DNA from: Phoronis australis
Lineage: Eukaryota > Animalia > Phoronida
DNA length: 64,000 bases
Assembly: GCA_002633005.1 (NCBI GenBank)
Contig: NMRA01000124.1
Span: forward strand, 389,814 to 453,813
Direction: 5' to 3'
Shown here: piece after piece, positions 14,801 through 24,586 of the stretch
Position numbering within the stretch: the first letter of the stretch is position 1
Layout: the number at the start of each line of letters is the position of its first letter
Position numbers and translations under genes: made by a program
The notes under the pieces: generated by a model
What the model was told of the DNA's origin: nothing
Database searches by the model: none
What the model saw: the letters and a program-made list of their open reading frames with translations, nothing else

Positions 14801-17800
14801 AATGCTATTCTGGCGGAAATACACCAGGTAATTTGAAACCTCATTCATGATAGGACTTGAAAATAGTGAACTTCGTATAAATTTTGAATACAAGTGCCTG
14901 AGGATATTCCACTTATGTGTTGGAATTGTGATTTAACTTGGTCCTTTTGGATTTCAGCCTTTCAATACTTTAGAATTTAGAAATTTATTTTAAAAACGTT
15001 TGAGGATTTCAACAACGAATGGGGCCCTGTGGTATTTTTATTTTGAGTTTGTTCGGGGATACGAAGGGTAGTCAACTTTACGAGCGTGTTTTTTTGCTTC
15101 GATTAAAAACTAATTATGAGTAAAACGTAGTCCACGGAAAGCTACCCAGGGTCCAGTTCGATAACTGTCTCGCGTCGACAAAAAATAGCCAAAATCACGT
15201 GCTCTCATTAAAAATTCACGGCGATATCTCGTGGAAATTTGCGAGATCTTGCTTTTCTAGAGAGACGTTATCGCTACTGAACTCGAAACAGGACTACTTT
15301 TACATATTACACACAATAGATATTTACGTGGAATTGATAAACTGTCAAACGAGAGACGTTGTTGCTAACAAACAGGTCTCGGCGCAGATCTTCTCATGTG
15401 AACGTACATTACTTTTTCACCATTATTTGTTGACCATAACAGGTTAAATCTATCAATCACCCTAACATCAACACGTTCGTTGGTGCGTGTATTGAGCCAG
15501 AACACCTGTTCTTGTTGACAACCTACTGTACCAAAGGAAGCCTTCAAGACGTGTTGGAAAATGGAAACATCAAGATCGATTTCACTTTCCAGATGTCATT
15601 TCTGAATGACATCGTAAAGGTAAGAGCAGACTGATCACGTGACCACAACATTGAAGTATGGTAAAAGCAAAGTCAAGCGATGGATCTTTGATTTTAGATT
15701 TTTTCGAACTCAAATGACGCACCTAGCCGTTTTCTGTCCATTTTTGAACATTTAACGAAACAAACAGTACATACGCGGTGGCGTTGAGCCTTTCGTTGGC
15801 ATTTTCCGATCGGCACCACCTTTCTCGAATTTTTGGCCTGTTCCTGATTTTCGCATCCACGTGCGGAAATGCGCCTGTGTGCGCATCTCCTCCTACCTGT
15901 GCATTTCAAAAGGAATTTCTCCAAACTTTCAGAAAGTATGTTCACGAAATGCCGCAGTGCATGTCGCCGGGCATTTGAAATTTTACCGTGACTTTCCGTA
16001 TTTCGACTTGTTTTTAGTTTCACAAGAGTTTATGGAACTCCTGTACACTTCTTTGGTTATTTCAACCAAACTGTCATCAAGTATGCTTACGACATGCCGT
16101 AATTACGCAGGCCATGGACATTTAACGATTCAAACACAATTGCTGGAATTTGGGCCCTTTAACGATTTTCTCAAACTGTATATCGTCGATACTTTGCGAC
16201 TTGACCGTATTTTCAAGTAGCCCTTTTTGTCCGCGTTTTTTTACTGACTTTTTTGTGGTTCTTAATTTCACGCATCCACAAAGGAACATGCTCGTAAGTG
16301 CGCAACTCTTCCTACACTTACAAATGAGCCTTCTACCAAAGCCATTGCCGTATAGCACATCGTCAGCATTTTTGCGACTCCACTGTATTGTCCAAAATAT
16401 TTCCCGTTCTTTATTGTCACGCATCCATGTACAGAGATACTCTTCTCAATGGACACCTCCTACAGAGACGTCGGCGCGGAATAATGCTGGCTGTGGCTGT
16501 CTCGTTTTTCTACTAGTAAAATATTTCATTCGTGTGATATGTGGATGGTCACTATTCATGTGTGGGACTGTCTTTTTACATATCTATAGAATTGACTCTA
16601 TTTCTGAAGATTGAATTTCAATGCTGCGCGAAAGAGATCATGGGTCACGGGCCTGTTGACACGTCATGCTATCAGATGCTTCGATTTCAGTCTGTCATAT
16701 GCCAAGAGAATACATATATGTGGCGACCTCCGGTCGTATGCTCTGACGCACCAATATGAAGCGTGCTCTATATTATATGACCGATCCTAGGCGTCATCAA
16801 GTAGTAGGAAATCATATCGTGCCATATCCACGAAGTCGTTTCTTTCGGTAAGGAATTGATTAGTGATTGACTGTTAACGTTGTTTTCTTTCAGGCGATGA
16901 TTTATATACAGTCATCTGAACTGAAGTCACACGGAAAACTGCGCTCTAGTAATGTTCTCGTGGATAGCCGCTGGTCTTGTAAAGTGGGTGGTTTGGGCCT
17001 GCACCAGTTTCTGGAGGGCGAGCGTGAAGAAGAAGGAGAGGTCGCCGTGTTCTTCAGTAAGTAAAATTTTGATAACGAAATGTGCATAACTGTTTGTCAT
17101 CTATACACCTTCACATTAGACTAAGCTAATATTTGATGGGAAGATGCGAATACCAGGGAGGTTAATGTTTATACTGGTGCGATACTCTGTAGTCATGTGT
17201 TCAGCGCATCAATTTGCACCTCTTACGACGACGTCTTTTGATACAGTTATCGCTGATGCGCTAGAACATATACACCTGCACTACTACGTCTTTGATACAA
17301 ACATCCCTGATGCGCTAGAACATATACACCTGTACGACTACGTCTTTGATACAAACATCCCTGATGCGCTAGAACATATACACCTGTACGACTACGTCTT
17401 TGATACAAACATCCCTGATGCGCTAGAACATATACACCTGTACGACTACGTCTTTGATACAAATATCCCTGATGCGATAGAACATGTACAACAACGTCTT
17501 TTGATACAGTTACCCCGTCGTGCTTTATCAAGTCATTGAAATTCACATGTTGTTTATAGAGGGACTCAGTGCTTGTGCATTTTCAGAGCGGCTGTGGACT
17601 GCGCCAGAATTGCTGAGACTGAACAATGCTCACTCTGAAGGAACGCCAAGAGGAGACGTCTACTCGTTTGGAATTATTCTTCATGAAATAATGCAACGAG
17701 ACGGCCCCTTCGGGGCACCGCCAATCACTCCAAAAGGTAGTTAGATATGAATTGGTACAATGTTAACCCGCTACTACAACTCTTGAGCTTCGACATTTTA

Positions 17801-20800
17801 GCTACCGATCATTTTATAACAGGATTGACTCGATAAAAATTCTTAATTTTTAAAAGGTCAATAATCACTTACAATGGTGCCGCATTTTGAGAACGAGTTG
17901 ATAATGGTTATTTAGTGGATAAAACTGGTTCTTGAGATGCGAAACTCCTGTAAGCGACTATTACCCATAAATATACATCAAACGTCTACTCACGAGTAAT
18001 ATGTTTACAATTTAACTACGGTTTTAAAAACATTAAAAAAGTCGAATCTTTTAACAGAAAACACGTATGTTTAAGTAGTTTTGGAATGTAAGGAGAATAG
18101 CCTACGCTATCGACATAATTTATTTTATCAGAAAGTCACTCTTTCGTTGATTTCCTAGAGATCATCGAACGCGTCAAATACGGGGAACATCCTCCGTTTC
18201 GGCCACTCATTCATAGCGGCGAGCTGTCAGCAGAAATTATCGAGTTAATGAGGAGCTGCTGGGAAGAGAACCCAAACATACGACCGACATTTTCCGGGAT
18301 CAGAGACAAACTGAAAGTTCTTACTAAAGGGAAGTAAGTTACAATTTGTTTTTACTACGTTTAGCACTTATTGGGGACAAAAAAAACAATAACAGTAATA
18401 TTTAGTTTAGGTTGTATTGGGAATTTCAAGGTCACAGCTCTAAAAATGAATATTTCACAGAAGGAGCCAGAAGTGTTCCTTAATTACATGAAATAACCCA
18501 CATATTTGCGATACCCAATGTGTATTTGAGTATCTGATACTAAGTGGCACAGGTTAACATAGTACCAAATGGGCACATAATACCAAATGCGTATTGGCCG
18601 ATTGCCTACCAAGTGGGTCGAGCAAAACGGCAAATTCAATAACAAGTACCAAATGGGTACAAACTGCTAAATGGGCAAATATCATATTATAGAGTACCAA
18701 GTGGGTACATCAAACAACCAACTGGGCTATAACAACCTGCAAAGCAGGATCCGGACAAGCTGAGCGAGCAGACAAGGCGTAGTGATAAAAAATATATTAT
18801 AAGGAACGTGGTGTTGTGGCTCAGTAGGTGCTGTAGCACTTAAATAAGTTTGACCAGAATTTTCGAGCAAGTTTGACGTCTGTTCGTTTTGGGTTCGAAC
18901 ATTTGAGCCCGTTCTGGCTAAACTTTGAGTCCATACCAGCATGTTCGACACCCTTTAACTGTTGTCACCTTTATATAGTTTGCGTTGCCTCTATGATGGA
19001 AAAACTTTGGTTTACCAGTGGCCCCCACAGACTTTTATCCTCAATATCATTTAAGGTAACTGGGAAACTTGTTTACCAGGTTGTACTTATATGCTTGTTG
19101 GTAACATAAATAGAATCCTGCCACGGAAAGAGATGTTTTAAGGCTGATTTCGTGAAAGCAAACGTCTTATTTGATTTCCGTTCTTTAGCCAGCTCAACAG
19201 AGCGAAATGCATGAAAATTACTTTTGAACCGCAGACAAATCAACGTGGTGGATCAAATGATACATATGATGGAGAAGTACGCGAATCACTTGGAAGAGTT
19301 GATTGAAGAACGAGCCGCCAGACTGTTGGAAGAACAGAAGAAAACAGAAGAGTTGCTGTGCCGTATGCTACCCAGGTGTGTGTTATGTTCGATTTCTCTT
19401 GTCCTAAGCAGAGCAGTTGAACCTCTATTACAGCTGCTTTTGCTTTGATTCAGGTCGCATTTACAGTATGCAGCAATAGTCACTTTCAAGGGTCCTGGGT
19501 TTTGAAAACCAGTTTGATGCCTGTTAGTCGTTGAGAAATCTGGTTCTCAAAGTACGAGACTATTACTACACAAGTCCACATGTTTCGTTTGAACACAGAA
19601 CATCACCAGTGGAAGCACAATGCACCAGGAAGACGGATAATGCAAACAACCAATCAGCAGTAAAGTGCATAGTGCAAACAACGAATCAGCAGTAAGGTGT
19701 ATAATGCACACAACCAATCCCTTAATAACATAATTTGACCAGCATGCTATGTCATATGCATTTTCAAGAATCGAAAACTGTCTTCCCAACTAGTAATGTC
19801 GTGGAAGGCATTTATTGTCCAAAATTATACAAACATGTTTCGATTTCCTAGTATTGCTTCTGTGAAGTAAATCTTCTGATATACTCGCTGGATATGGCAT
19901 AAAAGAACGCACTTGATATCTCAGACTTTACAACAATTTAAGCCGTCCATTCAGACATTGTTTTGGGCACAACAATTAGGGGTTGAAAATTTAAAATCGT
20001 GACTTTTTAATCGGACTAAATTATAAAAAATGTCCGCACCTTTGCTTCAAAATGAGGCAGTTTGTGTCATTGTTCGTTTACAGACAAGTGGCTATCGAAC
20101 TGCGACAAGGAAGAGTTCTTCAACCTGAGACTTACAACCAAGTCACAGTCATGTTCAGTGACATTGTTGGTTTTACTGCGTTGTCATCTGAAAGTACTCC
20201 GGTGCAGGTAAAATATGTTGTCCTATCGTAGCCTAAACAATAGTAAAATGTGTGGTCCTATCGTACCATAAGCAACAGTAAAATGTGTTGGCTTATCGTA
20301 GCCTAAACAACAGTAAGATGTGTTGTCTCATCGTAGCTACAGAAAAACGTGTTGTCTTATCGTAGCTACAGTAAAATGTGTTGTCTTATCGTAGCATAAA
20401 CAGCAGTAAGATGTGTTGTCTTATCGTAGCTACAGTAAAACGTGTTGTCTTATCGTAGCTACAGTAAAATGTGTTGTCTTATCGTTGCATAAACAACAGT
20501 AAGATGTGTTGTCTTATCGTAGGATAAACAACAGTAAGATGTGTTGTCTTATCGTAGCATAAACAACAGTAAGATGTGTTGTCTTATCGTACCTACAGTA
20601 AAATGCGTTGTATAAACAACAGTAACATGTGGTGTCGAATCGTAGGATAAACAAGAGTATTTTTACTATGCCATGGTATAAACAAGCCATTTGTCAAAAT
20701 TCTACATTTAGTGTTGCTATATTCCCAGTCCGAACTTGTTCCTTACTTAGTTACTGGACTGGTAAGAATTGACGATTCCGTCACTGCTTGAGGCAAAGTT

Positions 20801-23800
20801 CAATAAATTAGCTTGCCTTATCTGATTGGTTAATTCCTCGAGCAACGGCTTAAGCACTAACACACTGTTAGCTCTCCACAAGCACAAAAATGGCGTGATC
20901 ATGGAACAAATGGAGACCAGGTTGAGTACAGAAGATGGTTCAAGGCAAAAAAGTCGCTTTTTACAAAGCTCATTCAGATTGCTTCAGTGAGGCGATCTGA
21001 TGCCATCAAAGTAGTTTGTCAATTCCAGATAACAGTAAGTTTTATAAACAGCACACAATACCGGTTCAGCAATTGGAAGCAGACTAGATTGAAACACTGA
21101 TCCCAACCAACGCTATATTTTCAAGGATTTTACTGAATGTGTGTCAGTTATCTAGAATAGAAATTGTTCGGATTGTTTCAGATCGTCACATTCCTCAATG
21201 ACCTCTACACGCTTTTTGACCAAACCATTGAGAATCTTGATGTGTATAAGGTACGTGTTCATTCGAATATCGTTACTATATCAGGTTTATAATTATTAAG
21301 CGTACAGTGATCTGTCCTTTTTCAGTTGGAATGTTTTTGTTGCTAGTCCTATATCCATTGTGAAAATTAAAAGTTTTTTGATCTGCCTCAATGCACTCCA
21401 GACGGTTATTAAGTAGACATCGCGAGATATTGCCGTTTATCCCATACGCGTTGAATCAGTCGAGTGAAATGCGGTCATGTGATCTTGTTTTCCGTATTCA
21501 CCTTCCGCACTACTTCAACAGTGCCCTCTGACTTGGAAAGTTCAAAAGGTAGGTCAATGTCGACTCGACGTCGTTAGCCGGTTCGATCACCAAACTTTCC
21601 GAATATAGTCTAAAGTAATACAATTGCAGCAGTAAAAATACATAAAACGTACCTCGATTGGCGTACATGAAGTAATATCCCACTCGACATTTTCCGCGTA
21701 TCGACCTCGACCGAATTTATAGTTATCTCATGCGCTTTGAATTCCTAAGTTTCTTTCATTTTTTCGGCATGTTCACTCAGACTGTTCACGTGGCGGATCG
21801 CATCCTATATGAATGTACTTGCGCGTTAGGTTGCAAGTTATGTCAATATCATATCGTCTGCAACTGAGGTGCCGATTCCTCGGTAACTACAATATCAAAT
21901 TTTGTTGTTATTAAGAAATAAGGTGTCGGCTCGGGACAAGAACTAAAAACTCTTTATTTCTTCAGACTAAGCTTGTTGATGGCACACCATAAGCTGAATT
22001 TTTTACGATTTTGGTCTGAAAAAAATCAATGAACTGTCAGTTTGTTTTGAGCCCTGGGCCCGGTCTCCAATCTTTTTACTCGAAATGGAACTCGAAATTA
22101 GGTTTGGCATTTTCTACTCTACTTTTGGGCGAAATCAAGATAAGTGTCTATTATTCTATGCTCTAGTACACAATAACTTACGTAGATAATTTATTGCCCT
22201 TAGTTCACAGTTTTGTAAACCCAATATTAAAGCAATAAGTTCGAGTTTGAACTCGAAATTTCGAGTTTTTACTCGAATATAAGGGTCTTCAAGGGCAAAC
22301 TTGAACTAGAAACTCCTATACATAAACTATAATGTATCCGAGCACAGTCTGATAACCAATTATCTTAAGTTCGCACCAAAGGAGCAGAGAAATTGCCAAA
22401 AATAGTTTCGAGTTCGTTTCGAGTACAAAGATTAGAGACCAGGCCCTGATTGCATCCCTAAATTGAAGCAGGAACAATTTGAGACCACATTTGTAACGCC
22501 ATGTGGCCGAAATGGAAAGCATTTTTCTGACGGAAAGCACCGGTTTAAAGCCGCTTTAATAGGGATGTTTAGCATGACGCCATTTTTACGTCATTATGAC
22601 ATTTTGAACCCAGTATGACGGCATATTTTTTTCTTATTTCCGGGTCCAAATTGTATTATCTACTACCCTGACACGTCGTCACTAAACATCCGAATAATTA
22701 TCTCGAAACCATAGGTGGAAACTATTGGAGACGCTTACATGTGTGTCAGTGGGCTACCAGTGAGAAATGGAAAGCAACACGTTAGTGAGATCGCCACTTT
22801 AGCGCTGGAGTTTCTCAGTACAGTGGTAACGTTCAAAATTCGACACCGACCGACTAGACAGTTAGAACTAAGGATTGGAATGCATACAGGTGAGCTGTTA
22901 CCTGGATGTGATAGTCTGATCATGGACCTTGTGCATGTGGCGAGTTGTTGGGAATTATGTCCTCTTAATGGCGTAGCTTCCGTAGGGCAAGGACACACGA
23001 GTGTTCAGCAATTATCTAGGAGAACCAAAAACACTTTGTGATGCGGTCAGATTATTGCTATCCTTTGTATATTCACACAGATAGCAAATTTCCTAACACT
23101 CTTCCCAATGTCAACATAACTAGGAAAGACTAAAACATCAATGTTGAAGAACTCCATAAACAGAAAGACAATTACTTTTTTGGCCCACAATACCTTGCAA
23201 CAGGAAGCAGTACAAAGAGTGGGAATAGAAGATCAGTAACGGCTCTACCGGACACGACAAAGTGACAATTTGTCTCTTTCTATCTCAGGTTCAGTGGCTG
23301 CCGGCGTTGTCGGTATCAAGATGCCGAGGTACTGTTTATTTGGGGATTCTGTGTATTACGCATCGAGAATGGAATCAACGGGAAAACGTGAGTAAGACAC
23401 GTCACAGCGTTTTGTTTATTCAGGAGTTACGTCTTTTACTATGTACGCTAAAAACAGCTTTTATGTAGTCTAAATTGCAAATTGTTTGCTCATGTCGCAA
23501 TGACCAATTTTTAACGTTTAATCGCGTTATTGTTGCAGCTCTTCGAATACACGTTAGCCCGGAATCTAGAGATGCACTGATGGAAATTGGGGGTTATGAA
23601 CTTGTTGAACGAGGACCCATGAAGCTGAAGGTACATGTTTATGCATGTATGAGCGAGTGATTCCATGCATGTGCGTGTGCATGGACGAGCCAGTGAGTGC
23701 GTGCGTGCGTGCGTGTGTGTGTGTGTGTGTGTTAGTGTGCGTGTGTACACTAGCTCAAAACGTTATTGGACACTTGATTAATACTGATGAAAACCAGTCA

Positions 23801-24069
23801 AGTCTTTTTATAGAAGCTGACGCCGTGTTTTCGTGACGTAATCGTTGTTTCAGCTCAAGTTAATGCTCAGTTTAATTAGTCATCTGGGCAGAAACTCTAA
23901 TTATTTCAGTCCACGCGTATAAATAAAGCTTGATTTTGTAATAATAAAATTTATTTTGAAACTTCAGACACTCCGGGGGATCATCAATACCTACTTCTTA
24001 GTTGGCAAAGAAGGTTACGACAAAGTGCTGCCTGATATGTCTAAAGTGGAAGATGACGTGGAGAAATGA
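2874..24069 (+). CDS. Receptor (membrane) guanylyl cyclase A, natriuretic-peptide-receptor-like, 22 coding exons, ~1080 aa
   Basis: Hand-spliced GT-AG exons with consistent phases: 2874-3165, 5156-5409, 5773-5905, 6234-6416, 6744-6865, 8534-8669, 9492-9603 (or alt 9893-10004), 11749-11882, 13122-13197, 14205-14340, 14630-14827, 15443-15619, 16894-17056, 17587-17736, 18159-18333, 19235-19375, 20084-20207, 21182-21250, 22715-22889, 23289-23387, 23539-23630, 23968-24069 (3243 nt). Domains: signal peptide; ANF-receptor ectodomain (DTKC..GPAC..ISYGC, LYDA, IDxNGNR); juxtamembrane [10 protein letters not shown]; TM (exon 9); kinase-homology domain ([26 protein letters not shown]); coiled coil [10 protein letters not shown]; cyclase ([25 protein letters not shown]). 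Confidence 0.95.
8068..8490 (+). mobile_element. Degenerate Tc1/mariner (rosa/DD41D-like) transposase C-terminus in gene A intron 5
   Basis: Translates [55 protein letters not shown], matching the family pattern QQDGA...WPPRSPDLTPxDFFLWG. Contains stops; TIR-like tail ttttgaggcacc near 8490. Confidence 0.8.
9492..9603 (+). CDS. Gene A exon 7a (ectodomain)
   Basis: cag|GT...TC|gtaagt, 112 nt, phase 1/2. Encodes [38 protein letters not shown]. Confidence 0.9.
9893..10004 (+). CDS. Gene A exon 7b (tandem duplicate of exon 7, candidate mutually exclusive exon)
   Basis: cag|GG...TC|gtaagt, 112 nt, same phases as 7a, frame open. Encodes [38 protein letters not shown]. Confidence 0.8.
12363..12676. 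mobile_element. MITE, same family as 147-309 (gene A intron 8)
   Basis: caggggcggatccatgattttgagttaggggggg ... ccccttggcccccctaaatccgccactg; flanks AATGT / AGTGT. Confidence 0.7.
17225..17510. repeat. 54-bp minisatellite, ~5 copies (gene A intron 13)
   Basis: Unit gatgcgctagaacatatacacctgtacgactacgtctttgatacaaacatccct; it produces the repetitive ORFs at 17144 (+) and 17247 (-). Confidence 0.95.
18530..18725. repeat. Degenerate short tandem repeat (taccaaatggg / taccaagtggg core)
   Basis: Core recurs about seven times at irregular spacing in gene A intron 15. Confidence 0.6.
19619..19718. repeat. ~32-bp tandem repeat, ~3 copies
   Basis: aatgcaaacaaccaatcagcagtaaagtgcat repeated with variation in gene A intron 16. 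Confidence 0.7.
20205..20655. repeat. 35/29-bp minisatellite (~14 units) starting at the exon 17 donor of gene A
   Basis: Units cagtaagatgtgttgtcttatcgtagcataaacaa (35 bp) and cagtaagatgtgttgtcttatcgtagcta (29 bp). Confidence 0.95.
21640..21840. repeat. Interspersed repeat shared with ~39480-39724
   Basis: Shared blocks atgaagtaatatccca; gaattcc[tc]aagt; ttcactca[ga]actgttcac; gcgttaggttg[ct]aagtt. Confidence 0.65.
22054..22448. mobile_element. MITE with ~50-bp TIRs (gene A intron 18)
   Basis: Left ctgggcccggtctccaatctttttactcgaaatggaactcgaaa; right tttcgagttcgtttcgagtacaaagattagagaccaggccctg. Diverged relatives near 3405-3600, 10800-11060, 14410-14510, 30640-30790 and 59480-59650. Confidence 0.8.
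23690..23748. repeat. (GCGT)n/(GT)n microsatellite in the last intron of gene A
   Basis: gtgcgtgcgtgcgtgcgtgtgtgtgtgtgtgtgt. Confidence 0.95.
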
Positions 24070-24580
24070 CTAGGACCCACCGACAACGTCAAGGGCCAAA
24101 TATTAGATACATTGCAGGGGATTCGTGGTGTTAGTGCCTAGTGTCAAATGCTAATGCTTTACATTTTGACATAAAACATCGGGCGAGACAGCTCTTTCTT
24201 ATGTTTTTCCTCCAATGATTTCTACCTTTCTGCGAGCAGACCTTAAAAATTTGAATTTTATGTTGCTCATATATAAGTAATGAGGTAAAAAGTTGTCAAT
24301 ACTTCGGTCCGAGTGGTACTCGTATAGTACTTCTGAGGCTACAAACTTGATTTGCTGTAGTTTGGAATTGACGATTGTCTACTGTGACATTGTCGGTGTA
24401 TATGGTTTTAATTGTAAGTAAACTTATGCGGACTACTCTATTATTGGCATAGTCACATTTGCATGTATGTGTTTATCGTGTTTTGTAACTAACCATGACT
24501 AATTCGTCATCGTGTTGTGTTGGTGTGTAACGCTGTAATATTCATTAATCAAGTATGGAATATTTTATCTTTTGTGTGCC

Positions 24581-24586
24581 AATAAA
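24581..24586 (+). terminator. Candidate polyadenylation signal of gene A
   Basis: AATAAA ~510 nt after the stop codon, following a T-rich UTR-like stretch, with a T/GT-rich tract downstream. Confidence 0.5.

Noticed and set aside
17144-17546. ORFs 17144-17539 (+) and 17247-17546 (-) as genes
   Set aside because: They are by-products of a stop-free 54-bp tandem repeat inside an intron.
20205-20655. CRISPR-like periodicity (29-35 bp repeats)
   Set aside because: Units are head-to-tail without unique spacers, sit in a eukaryotic intron, and no cas genes are present.
2874-24069. Gene A as a pseudogene
   Set aside because: All 22 exons are in frame with canonical splice sites, and many differences from B are synonymous, indicating purifying selection.
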